Made by a program: the position numbers and the translations under genes
Notes under the pieces: generated by a model
What the model was told of the DNA's origin: nothing
The model's input: the letters and a program-made list of their open reading frames with translations, nothing else
Databases searched by the model: none
DNA from: an uncultured Phycisphaerales bacterium
Lineage (GTDB): Bacteria > Planctomycetota > Phycisphaerae > Sedimentisphaerales > Anaerobacaceae
NCBI GenBank assembly: GCA_963718665.1
Contig: OY970359.1
Coordinates: forward strand, 1,024,001 to 1,088,000
Length of the DNA: 64,000 nt
Direction of reading: 5' to 3'
In this document: positions 49,693-58,944 of the stretch, one piece after another
Layout of the letters: each line of letters opens with the position of its first letter
How positions within the stretch are numbered: the stretch's first letter is position 1

Positions 49693-50244
49693 CTATTTTT
49701 GCACCAGCATGTGCATCCAGTAAGCGAAGAAACCCGTCCAAGCCCAAATGGCCGAGGCGGCGAATAATACAAGTGAGCCAATGATACGCAGGCCCTTTTT
49801 GTCGTTCTGCCAAACCACGAGCGGCGAGAAAATGCCGCATATTCCGCTCAATATAAATCCGACGCCCGACAGAATCGGATGCGTTGTCAGGTTGAGGTCG
49901 ATTATCCGCACGCCAAGAAGCGCCGCTGCCGCACCTGCGAAAACGGCGTAAATCGATAAAGGCAAAAGTTTCCATCTTTTGGCTAATGTCAAAGCCAGGC
50001 CGAGCAAAAGCACGCCAAATAACACCGACATTTCGCCATAAGCCGAACTATATGGTTTGGGCAGCGGCCAGGTGAACGTAATCGCGAATCCGCCTATCGC
50101 GGCAACAAGGCCGGAGATTGTGAACGCGGGGACCCATCGGCCGGTATCTTCCGGGGTATCCAAATCACGCCAGACGAAACAGCCGAGCAGGAACAACCCC
50201 GCAGCCATATTTATCAGCATCAGCGTCAGATAATCAACCATCAT
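49693..50244 (-). CDS. DUF981-like membrane protein
   Basis: MVDYLTLML, TWPLP..Y..AYGE; multiple TM helices. Confidence 0.75.
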   Translation of the reverse strand: MMVDYLTLMLINMAAGLFLLGCFVWRDLDTPEDTGRWVPAFTISGLVAAIGGFAITFTWPLPKPYSSAYGEMSVLFGVLLLGLALTLAKRWKLLPLSIYAVFAGAAAALLGVRIIDLNLTTHPILSGVGFILSGICGIFSPLVVWQNDKKGLRIIGSLVLFAASAIWAWTGFFAYWMHMLVQK

Positions 50245-50296
50245 AATTTTGTCTCCCAATCTCTTTACCTGTGCTCTTGATAAAAGTGCGTTCAGG

Positions 50297-50569
50297 TTAC
50301 CCGAAATTGTAGTGCTTTTTGACGGCCTTTTTGACCTGCCATTTACATTCGAGGTCAACGGGGAAGACGACGAAATCGCCGGGGCCGAAGCTGACAGACC
50401 CTTTGCCGTCGGTTACGGTGACGTCGCCCTCAAGTATGAGGCAGGTTTCCTTTTCGGTATATGCCCAGTCGAATTCGCTCGGCTTGCAAGTCCAGATAGG
50501 CCAGGTCTTGCAGGTTTTCTCTTCCTCTTTGGTGGGCTTTCGCACCACAACGTCTTTTATCGTCGGCAT
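50297..50569 (-). CDS. Cupin domain protein (DUF861 type)
   Basis: WPIWTC..FDWAY..ETCLILEG..GDFVVFP..KKHY. Confidence 0.88.
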   Translation of the reverse strand: MPTIKDVVVRKPTKEEEKTCKTWPIWTCKPSEFDWAYTEKETCLILEGDVTVTDGKGSVSFGPGDFVVFPVDLECKWQVKKAVKKHYNFG

Positions 50570-50717
50570 ATTTCGCTCCTTTATCATTTATCTCGGTTTC
50601 GCTGGGGATATTATATCCCTTCTGTTGTCTTTTGCAAACCCGCCGGCGAATTTTGTTTAATCGTTATGGTAAAATGGGCTGGTTTGCTTTACATTATTCG
50701 CTTTCTTTACTGTGTTT

Positions 50718-50821
50718 TGTCATTCCGAGCGACCCCGAGTTTGTCGAGGGGGAGTCGAGGAATCTATTTACTTTAACAGATTCCTCCGCTGCGCCCCTAT
50801 GGGGTTTCGGTCGGAATGACA
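50718..50821. repeat. Composite TGTC-type REP inverted pair
   Basis: TGTCATTCCGAGC..GAGGAATCT..AGATTCCTC..GGTCGGAATGACA. Confidence 0.8.
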
Positions 50822-50837
50822 TGTAAGGTTTAGGAAT

Positions 50838-51623
50838 ATGAACAAAGAACAATTAAACGGATTCAAGGCGTGGTTTGATAAATTCGTCGCGGGGTTCTAT
50901 GGTAATGACGAATATATCAACGCCAATATAAAACTAAAGGAAGAGCACAGCGGGCGGGTATGCACTGAGATGCTTTATCTTGCGGACGAATTACACCCTG
51001 AAGGCAATCAGCGATTATTGGCGGAGACGATTGCGCTGTTTCACGACGTCGGGCGGTTTCCACAATTCGCCAAATACCAGACATATAGCGACCCGAAGAG
51101 CACTAACCACTGTCTTCTCGGCTTAGAGGTACTGCAAAAGGAAAATATCCTGGCGCAGTTGCCGGATGATGAAAGGGAAACAATCGAGACGGCGATTCGC
51201 TATCACGGCGAAAAGGAGCTGCCGAATAATCTTACGGGCGATACGCTGCTGTTTTCCAAGATGATACGCGACGCGGACAAGTTAGATATTTTTAACGTGG
51301 TGATAAAGGCGTATATCCAGCAAAGAGACGACCCGGATAATTTCAAGCTGGAGATTGAGATGCCCGATGAGCCGGGATTCACGCCTGAGGTGCTTGAGGC
51401 GATTCTGACGGGCAGGCGGATTGATTATAAGATGCTGCGAACATGGAACGATATGAAGCTGTGCATACTCGGCTGGGTTTACGATGTTAATTTTGTTCCC
51501 ACGCTACGCCGATTGAAAGAGAGGCGATACCTCGAAACTATTTTTGAATTCCTCCCCCGTACCCCCGATATCCGCAAAGTCCGCGATAAAATCTTCGAGT
51601 ACGTTGATTCACGGGTTAAATGA
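50838..51623 (+). CDS. HD-domain protein
   Basis: EHSGRV, ALFHDVGRF, IRYHG, IRDADKLD. Confidence 0.88.
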   Translation: MNKEQLNGFKAWFDKFVAGFYGNDEYINANIKLKEEHSGRVCTEMLYLADELHPEGNQRLLAETIALFHDVGRFPQFAKYQTYSDPKSTNHCLLGLEVLQKENILAQLPDDERETIETAIRYHGEKELPNNLTGDTLLFSKMIRDADKLDIFNVVIKAYIQQRDDPDNFKLEIEMPDEPGFTPEVLEAILTGRRIDYKMLRTWNDMKLCILGWVYDVNFVPTLRRLKERRYLETIFEFLPRTPDIRKVRDKIFEYVDSRVK

Positions 51624-52107
51624 CCAAATCTCGCCAACTTCTTATATAACAAGCACTTATGGGTAATTTGGTTGTGCTTGTATCTTTGGTCCGGCACCTG
51701 CGGTTTTCACCGTCATCAAGATAGACAACGCTCCTTTTATTTTCCCAAGCACAGAATTCCGGCTGGACACGTATAAAAATATGAGACGAGTGGTGCTCGT
51801 CCGAGCTGTCGGCGCACATTTTCTTCAGCGTAGGCTGGCAGCTCTGTTTTTTTCAGGTTTCACCGCCTGGCTGTCACCTGCAAAAGCAAATCTACTTTTA
51901 GTTTTTTGAAGCGCGTAATTCCGTTAGGCCTCGTATATAACAATGAGGACGAGCAATGACTTGTCCGGGCTGATTGGCCATGCGTTTGAGCCAACAGCCC
52001 TTTTTTTATCTCCCCGGAAGCTTGCCCGCCGTTAGTGTGGCGGATTTTGTCGTTGTTAAAAAACAGGGGATGGGTAGAATTGAGGGATAAGTTAGGGCGA
52101 CCTGTTT

Positions 52108-52494
52108 ATGGTCAAACTCCAAATGAAAACAAAGTTGGGCGGACCGCCGGAAACATTTAGAGCAAGTCTCAGGGCTGCCACACGATATTGGGAGCCTCGC
52201 CGCATTATCTACAATCTTGTTCTTGCCGCTGTCGCAGTTACCTGGCTCGTATTGACATGGCCCCACTTCCACTCGGCATTGACTCTGCAATCGTTGCTGC
52301 TGCTTCTGGTTCTCGCAGCCATAGCTAATGTTTGTTATTCCGCTGCATACCTCGCAGACATCCTGTTGCAATTTTCACCTCTTCGCGACCTGTGGCAGCG
52401 TCAAAAGTGGTGTCTATGGCTTGCAGGCACAATTTTAGCGGTCGTGCTTGAGTGCTACTGGATTGCAGACGAAATTTATCCATATATCAGATGA
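52108..52494 (+). CDS. Hypothetical membrane protein
   Basis: YWEPRRIIYNLVL..ANVCY; three hydrophobic segments. Confidence 0.7.
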   Translation: MVKLQMKTKLGGPPETFRASLRAATRYWEPRRIIYNLVLAAVAVTWLVLTWPHFHSALTLQSLLLLLVLAAIANVCYSAAYLADILLQFSPLRDLWQRQKWCLWLAGTILAVVLECYWIADEIYPYIR

Positions 52495-52621
52495 GCGCGA
52501 GGCCTCGTGTTCTTTTAGCCAGCTCCTGATGAGGTCGATTGAGGTTTGTTTAATCAGAATAGGTTGTCAATTACGCTGGTTGATAGTATGCTGTATTAAC
52601 CCGAAGAAAGGCGGGTGAAAA

Positions 52622-53779
52622 ATGATACGGCAAGAACGACTCGATGAACTGAAGCGATGCGACACCTCTCATAAATTTTTCGATGAGTTTTCTTATGAAG
52701 TGAATAGTATTGTTAAGCAACATCGAAAGGGTTTTGAGGATAAAGCACATAGCTTCATTGAAAAATACTTAAGATTTTTGGCAGTTATTGAAAATTGGTT
52801 AAAAGAGCAGAAAAGCACCCTCCAGCCCTCTATTTTTGAGCAATATTTGAAGCAGCTTTCGGGCACGAATAACTTTGCATCCCCTATGCGATTTAGTATT
52901 CTTGAGCAATGTCAAAGGCAACTGTCGAACATCCTTGAGCAGGGAGTGAACAAAAACAATCATCTCGTCTTATCCCTTGAGTGTCGTGTTCTTAAACAGT
53001 GTCAAGAGCAGTTATATGACACCCTTAGACAGGTAGGGGACTCAAATTTTGTCTTAATGCCTGAATTGGGCATTATCGAACAGTGTATAAGGGATATTAG
53101 ACAGCAATATCAAAGGGCGGATTGGAAAGAAATTAAAATTTTACATTCAGAACAAATACGGAAAGGTGAATATAGCGACTCTCGACTTACTCTATTTGTT
53201 CCACCGGACTTTCCCGATGACCCCGCTTCGTGGTTAAACATATACCATCCGTATTGGTATGACCCCAAAGCTTCTACTGTACACAATGAATTTACCTGTT
53301 CCCCAGAGGATGAACTGCTACGGAGTTATATAGCCCTAGTGATTTTGTTTAACAAGCAAGCGGTAGAACGCGGAGAATCGCTGATATCGCCGGACATTCA
53401 GCACTATATCGATATTCCATCTTGGACGTTTCTCAATGATGATTATAACAAGCACTGGCTAAAAATTAGAAACGTACTCATCGGAGACCTAGAAGCAGTC
53501 GACAAAGACCTTGCCAGCACAAAGCCGGCGGAAACAGAGCGGAAAGATACTCCTACGACAATAATCAATATAAATAAATTGGGGGTATTGGGGGACATTC
53601 AAAAAGTCGAAACATTACAGACCGGCGATAATGCCTCTGCTCATAAGCAGGTCGTGGGTGAGGAGAAAAAGAAAAGGATTCTCAGGCGAATACCATATTG
53701 GATTTATCTTCTTGTTTCCTTTTTAGCTGCACTGTTTGCTATCCTTCATTACATGGGATGGCTTGCCCCAAATAAATAA
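52622..53779 (+). CDS. AT-rich hypothetical protein with internal repeats and C-terminal TM helix
   Basis: 385-aa ORF; repeated (I/L)LEQC..QL units. Confidence 0.65.
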   Translation: MIRQERLDELKRCDTSHKFFDEFSYEVNSIVKQHRKGFEDKAHSFIEKYLRFLAVIENWLKEQKSTLQPSIFEQYLKQLSGTNNFASPMRFSILEQCQRQLSNILEQGVNKNNHLVLSLECRVLKQCQEQLYDTLRQVGDSNFVLMPELGIIEQCIRDIRQQYQRADWKEIKILHSEQIRKGEYSDSRLTLFVPPDFPDDPASWLNIYHPYWYDPKASTVHNEFTCSPEDELLRSYIALVILFNKQAVERGESLISPDIQHYIDIPSWTFLNDDYNKHWLKIRNVLIGDLEAVDKDLASTKPAETERKDTPTTIININKLGVLGDIQKVETLQTGDNASAHKQVVGEEKKKRILRRIPYWIYLLVSFLAALFAILHYMGWLAPNK

Positions 53780-54075
53780 GATTGCCACGGCCAAAGATAT
53801 TGGCCTCGCAATGACAAACACTGGATTCCCGCGTTCGCGGGAATGACCGATACAAATATGACCCCCACCGCAGGAGTGGGGGCTAACCATCGATTGCATC
53901 TGCGCTTGACGAAAAGGGGTTTGGGGATTAGCATACTGCACCGTCAAAAGAAGAGACGCGATTTCATAACTATGGATTCCCGCTTCCTTCGGCAAGCTCA
54001 GGACAGGTTCGCGGGAATGACAGTAGTAGATGTGCGGTAATGACCCTCCTTCGCCCACACGACGGGCTATGGAGG
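53779..54075. repeat. Cluster of several palindromic repeat types
   Basis: GATTGCCACG..CTCGCAATGACA; two GGATTCCCGC..GCGGGAATGAC; CCCCCACCGCAGGAGTGGGGG; CCCTCCTTCGCC..GGCTATGGAGGG. Confidence 0.8.
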
Positions 54076-54110
54076 GTAGGCACCCCCTTGGGGGCTAAGC
54101 GAAAGGGAAA

Positions 54111-55004
54111 ATGATGGAAGCGGTATTGCAGACGAAAATCGGGAGCGTAGAGCCGAAAAGAGGCAAAGTGCGGGATGTTTATGATTTGGGCGATAAGCTG
54201 TTAATCGTCGCAACCGACCGCATAAGCGCGTTTGACGTTGTGATGGCCAACCCCATCCCGAAAAAGGGCATCGTGCTGACGCAGATATCGCTTTTCTGGT
54301 TCGAGTTTTTGTCATCTTCCATAAGTCATCACCTTATAGCAACCGACGTGAGCAAATTTCCGGCCCCGTTTAACAAGTTCGAGAAGCAATTAGCAGGCAG
54401 AAGTATGTTAGTCAAGAAGACGAAGGTCTTCCCAATCGAGTGCGTTGTTCGCGGCTATTTAGCAGGGTCGGGGTGGAAGGAATACAAGCAGTCGCAAACG
54501 GTTTGCGGCATAAAGCTGCCTGCGGGACTGAAGCAGTGCGAAAAACTGCCTGAGCCGATATTTACGCCCGCGACAAAAGAGGAATTCGGCAGGCACGACG
54601 AGAACGTTGATTTCAACAGGTGCGTTGAAATCATCGGCGATAAAAATGCTAAGTACCTGCGCGACAAGAGCATCGAGATTTTCAAGAAGGCATCCAAATA
54701 CGCGGAGTCGAAGGGAATAATATTAGCTGATACTAAATTCGAGTGGGGAGATGCAGGCGGGCAAACCATTCTTATCGATGAGGTTTTGACGCCCGATTCG
54801 TCGCGTTTCTGGCCCGCGGACAAATACCAGCCGGGCAGAGACCAGGAGAGCTTTGACAAGCAGTTCGTTCGCAATTATCTCGAAGAGATTAAATTCGATA
54901 AATCAGGCCCGGGCGTGAAACTGCCCGATGACGTCGTCAAAAAGACGGGCGAAAAATATATAGAGGCCTACGAACGCCTTACGGGCAAAAAATTCGGGTT
55001 CTGA
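54111..55004 (+). CDS. purC: SAICAR synthetase
   Basis: GKVRDVY, TDRISAFD, ECVVRGY, ADTKFE, DEVLTPDSSRFW, SFDKQ. Confidence 0.97.
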   Translation: MMEAVLQTKIGSVEPKRGKVRDVYDLGDKLLIVATDRISAFDVVMANPIPKKGIVLTQISLFWFEFLSSSISHHLIATDVSKFPAPFNKFEKQLAGRSMLVKKTKVFPIECVVRGYLAGSGWKEYKQSQTVCGIKLPAGLKQCEKLPEPIFTPATKEEFGRHDENVDFNRCVEIIGDKNAKYLRDKSIEIFKKASKYAESKGIILADTKFEWGDAGGQTILIDEVLTPDSSRFWPADKYQPGRDQESFDKQFVRNYLEEIKFDKSGPGVKLPDDVVKKTGEKYIEAYERLTGKKFGF

Positions 55005-55035
55005 TTTGCAGGACGTTGGGCTTAAATCCGCAAAT

Positions 55036-57039
55036 ATGAATGAACGGCTATACAATCATCAGCGTTTGTTGATTTGCATATTGCTGGCGGCGGTAACTTT
55101 CGCTGTTTATTTGCCGGTCCGCAATTACAGCTTTCTTTTTTACGACGACAATGTTTATGTTTCAGACAACGCACAGGTCAAGCTGGGCTTGAACTGGCAG
55201 GGAATCAAATGGGCGTTCACGACGGGGTACGGTTCCAACTGGCATCCGCTGACGTGGCTGTCTCTTATGCTGGATTGCGAACTCTTCGGCGTCAAATCCG
55301 GTCCTATGCACATCGTAAACGTGCTGTTTCACATCGCGAACAGCATCTTGCTGTTTCTTGTCCTGGCCCGAATGACAAAGGGTGTCTGGCAAAGCGCATT
55401 TATAGCGGGGTTATTCGCATTGCATCCGCTACACGTTGAGTCAGTGGCGTGGGTGGCGGAACGCAAAGACGTTCTCAGCACGCTGTTCTGGCTTTCGACT
55501 ATGCTGGCTTACGCGCGGTATGTCGAGCGTCCCTCGGTGTGGCGATACATCGCTGTTCTGGTTTTGTTCGCTATGGGGCTTATGGCCAAGCCGATGCTGG
55601 TGACATTGCCGTTTGCTTTGCTTTTGCTCGATTACTGGCCCCTTGGTCGATTTACCGCTCCCAAATTCTCAATTATAAAAGCACTGCTGGAGAAAGTTCC
55701 CCTTATTGTTTTAGCCGCGGCATCCAGCGTTATTACTTTCGTTGTTCAGCGGGCGGGCGGGTCTATGCTTTCCATTTATGCTATTCATTTGAGTGAGCGT
55801 ATTAGTAACGCGATAGTATCGTATGTTTCGTATATCAGTAAAATGTTCTGGCCGGTTGGGCTGGCGATATTGTACCCGCACCCAGCCAACAGAATACCCG
55901 TTGCCAAAGCGTTAATTTGCGCGGCAATACTGATACTGATAACCATAATATGTTTATATTACGCCCGGCGCCGCAAATACCTGCTTGTCGGCTGGCTTTG
56001 GTATCTCGGCACGCTTGTGCCGGTAATCGGGATAGTGCAGGTTGGTTCGCAGGGGATGGCAGACAGATACACATACATTCCGTTAATCGGACTGTTTTTG
56101 ATAATCGCCTTTGCGGGGGCGGAGCTGTTGAAGAAAATATCGATGGGGACGGTCGCAATGGGCGTTATAGCCGGGGTCATCCTGTCGGCCTGCGGAATTA
56201 CCGCGGCGGCCCAGGTAAGGCATTGGAAAGACAGTATGGCGTTATTCGAACACGCTCTCGATGTGACAGAAAACAATTATCTTGTGGAGAATAATTACGC
56301 CAACGTGCTCAGCAATCTTGGAAGGAACGAGGAGGCGCTTACGCATCTTGTTGAGGCACTGCGGTTTCTCCCTGATTCGCCTGAAATGCACAGTAACTTC
56401 GGGAACATTTTGAAGAAAACGGGCAAATTTGACCAGGCGATAGAGCAATATGAAATCGCCCTCAAGCTCAATCCCGATTTTTCGCTGGCGAGATATCAAC
56501 TTGGGGTGACTCTTGCCGCCAAGGGTGATTACGAAGGCGCGATTAAGCAATACCGGCTTTACGCGTGCACCGCTGCGGATTTGGCAGATATCTGCAAGGG
56601 CCCGGGGACAGAATCAGCCAGGCAAGGCAAGGTCAATGATGCGGCAAATCAGTTCCATATTGTCAGGCCGGATTCGACGGAGGTTCGCAGTAACTTCGGC
56701 TATGCCCTTGCGCAAAGCGGAAAACCGAAGGAGGCAATAGAATATTACGACAGGGTGCTTGCGAAGGACCCCAATAATGTTATTACCCAAGGGCGACTTG
56801 CCCTTGCACTGGCGGCAATAGGCAGTATTGACGAGGCAATTGAGCATTGCCGGATTGTTATCGCAGCCAGGCCCGATGACGCCGAGATGCAAAACAACCT
56901 TGGTATGCTGCTTCAAAGGCAGGATAAAATCGACGAGGCGATTGAATGCTATAAAAAGGCCCTGCAAATCGACTCCAAATTACAAAATGCCCGCGAAAAC
57001 CTCGATTCCGCCCTCGCTCAAAAACAGGCAGGCAAATAG
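55036..57039 (+). CDS. TMTC-like polytopic membrane protein with TPR repeats (putative GT-C glycosyltransferase)
   Basis: YDD..NWHPLTW, LHPLHVESVAW..RKD, ADRYTY; C-terminal TPRs. Confidence 0.85.
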   Translation: MNERLYNHQRLLICILLAAVTFAVYLPVRNYSFLFYDDNVYVSDNAQVKLGLNWQGIKWAFTTGYGSNWHPLTWLSLMLDCELFGVKSGPMHIVNVLFHIANSILLFLVLARMTKGVWQSAFIAGLFALHPLHVESVAWVAERKDVLSTLFWLSTMLAYARYVERPSVWRYIAVLVLFAMGLMAKPMLVTLPFALLLLDYWPLGRFTAPKFSIIKALLEKVPLIVLAAASSVITFVVQRAGGSMLSIYAIHLSERISNAIVSYVSYISKMFWPVGLAILYPHPANRIPVAKALICAAILILITIICLYYARRRKYLLVGWLWYLGTLVPVIGIVQVGSQGMADRYTYIPLIGLFLIIAFAGAELLKKISMGTVAMGVIAGVILSACGITAAAQVRHWKDSMALFEHALDVTENNYLVENNYANVLSNLGRNEEALTHLVEALRFLPDSPEMHSNFGNILKKTGKFDQAIEQYEIALKLNPDFSLARYQLGVTLAAKGDYEGAIKQYRLYACTAADLADICKGPGTESARQGKVNDAANQFHIVRPDSTEVRSNFGYALAQSGKPKEAIEYYDRVLAKDPNNVITQGRLALALAAIGSIDEAIEHCRIVIAARPDDAEMQNNLGMLLQRQDKIDEAIECYKKALQIDSKLQNARENLDSALAQKQAGK

Positions 57040-57219
57040 CCGAGAAATCGGTCTGATAAGGGCTTGCAAGGAAGAGAAAATTTGTTACGATACCCTCTCA
57101 ACAGCTTTTTGTTGCCGCGGACGGTATGGCCGGTTATATGGAAGGTTATAATACGCGGTATAATGGCGGGGGTCGCCCGATATTATTTTGTTTTTGAGTT
57201 TGCGAAAGGATAGAGCGAT

Positions 57220-57849
57220 ATGAAAAGATTACTGGTGGTTTTGTTGGCGCTGGGACTGTCAGTTCCGGCAATGGCGCACTCGGGGGGCGTGCTTGTTTAC
57301 AACTTGAAGCAGAGCGGTGTGGAGTTCGAATATAACTCAGATGCAAACGCCTGGGCCCAGAGTCCGAAGTCAAACCACTCGCATTACCTTGTTATTGAGC
57401 TGGACAGTAACTATCCTGACTCCATCAATCTCTGGTCGGTTGAGACCTGGAAGGAAAAAGACGCCGGCGTAACGACCAATTATTACACAGCAGAGGGCCC
57501 GGCCGATATTAATTTCACAGAAACGTCGGCTGCGAGTAAGACGATATGGATTATCTCGGACATTTTTCCCTCAGGCGGCTCGCCCGTACACATTATGGTA
57601 TCGGGCCAGGCAAAGCCGACAAAGATTGGCACCGGCACGTATACTGTCGCTGCTGCCATGAGCGGCTATGTAATCTTTGGAGATATCATCCCGGATGGAG
57701 ACGTCGGCGCAGGCACGTTGTCAATGACACTGAACCCTAAAGCTACTACAGCACTGGCAGCATGGGTGCTAAGCGACAGCGGAGATGTAGATAGCGCAAT
57801 CAGTGACTATTTCGAGACCACACTTGGTTACGAACCCGGTTCCGATTAG
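57220..57849 (+). CDS. Secreted hypothetical protein
   Basis: Signal peptide MKRLLVVLLALGLSVPAMA; own terminator. Confidence 0.75.
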   Translation: MKRLLVVLLALGLSVPAMAHSGGVLVYNLKQSGVEFEYNSDANAWAQSPKSNHSHYLVIELDSNYPDSINLWSVETWKEKDAGVTTNYYTAEGPADINFTETSAASKTIWIISDIFPSGGSPVHIMVSGQAKPTKIGTGTYTVAAAMSGYVIFGDIIPDGDVGAGTLSMTLNPKATTALAAWVLSDSGDVDSAISDYFETTLGYEPGSD

Positions 57850-57879
57850 CCGCATCCAGTGATACAGTTTGTAATCCAG

Positions 57880-57909
57880 CCGGCGGCCCCACAAGCCGCC
57901 GGTTTTTTT
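57880..57909 (+). terminator. Rho-independent terminator
   Basis: CCGGCGGC..GCCGCCGG followed by T7. Confidence 0.8.
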
Positions 57910-58013
57910 GTATCATTTTTTTTCATTTTCATATTACACAAACCCCGCCCTCAAAGGTTATTATTATGTAGAAGTAAAATATTGCGGTACTCAGCTAAAA
58001 AGGGCTTTTTTAA

Positions 58014-58523
58014 ATGAGATACTCAAAGCGATTGGAGCTCTTTGAAAAATTAAAGAATGAGTACATCGGCTATCTTACGACCACGCTTTGGAAACTCACC
58101 TGTGACACCGATATTTTTGATGAGGCGATTCAATACGCGCTTCTGGCTATCTGGATGAATCTCGAAAAGCTGACAGGCCCGCAGGCAGGGGCATATATCT
58201 ATCGAATAGCGTTGTCCGCCAACTCAAAGGCGTGGCGAAATCGCACCGGCAAAAATGGCCAGATAGCTAATGCGACCCTGACCGGCCGCCCTGCATACGA
58301 AGAAGTCGTTGATGCTGAAACGCTGAATCTGGTTAGAAAGGAAATCGCCAAGCTGCCCGAACAGCAGGCACAGGCAATTGTGATGCGGTATATCGAACAG
58401 ACCGATTACAAAGCAATCGCCGACAAATTGAACTGTGCCGAGGATACCGCCCGTTCGCATGTTTCAAAAGCGATTAATACATTGCGAAACAATCTCGCTG
58501 AAATGAATATATCGGAGTCCTGA
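58014..58523 (+). CDS. ECF-type sigma-70 factor
   Basis: YIYRIA region 2; LPEQQAQAIVMRY..IADKL..TARSHVSKA region 4. Confidence 0.85.
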   Translation: MRYSKRLELFEKLKNEYIGYLTTTLWKLTCDTDIFDEAIQYALLAIWMNLEKLTGPQAGAYIYRIALSANSKAWRNRTGKNGQIANATLTGRPAYEEVVDAETLNLVRKEIAKLPEQQAQAIVMRYIEQTDYKAIADKLNCAEDTARSHVSKAINTLRNNLAEMNISES

Positions 58524-58524
58524 A

Positions 58525-58944
58525 ATGAATGAAGAAAAGCTAAAACAAGTCCTGAATAAAATCGGTCAGGCAGATGTCCCGCCGAACGTCGCTTTGATTG
58601 CCGAAAGGGCATCGCGGAATTTTGATTCTGCCCTCAAAATCGCCCAGCCGAAACAATGGTTTTTTACACCTGTCCGGCTAATCGCGGCTGCCGCGGTCGT
58701 TATTTTTGCGTTCGCCGCGGGCCGATGGTCACAACCGCCCCAGACACAACTATCATTGCTTAACCTCCCCGGCTATGCCTCGCCTATGCCGACACACCCG
58801 ACAAATCAGGAAAACGAAAACAGCTTCTGGCGACAAAAAGCCCTCGCCGCAATGCAGCCCAGACCTTATACACAAAACCAACTCTCCCAAACCGCATTAC
58901 TTAACGTCTATAAACAATACCTCAAGGAGAAATACAATGACTAA
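58525..58944 (+). CDS. Putative membrane anti-sigma factor
   Basis: Directly after the sigma gene; single TM RLIAAAAVVIFAFAAG. Confidence 0.6.
   Translation: MNEEKLKQVLNKIGQADVPPNVALIAERASRNFDSALKIAQPKQWFFTPVRLIAAAAVVIFAFAAGRWSQPPQTQLSLLNLPGYASPMPTHPTNQENENSFWRQKALAAMQPRPYTQNQLSQTALLNVYKQYLKEKYND

Noticed and set aside
58706..58936. N-terminal extension of the beta-propeller ORF
   Set aside because: Overlaps the anti-sigma gene; the RBS and lipoprotein signal point to ATG 58937.
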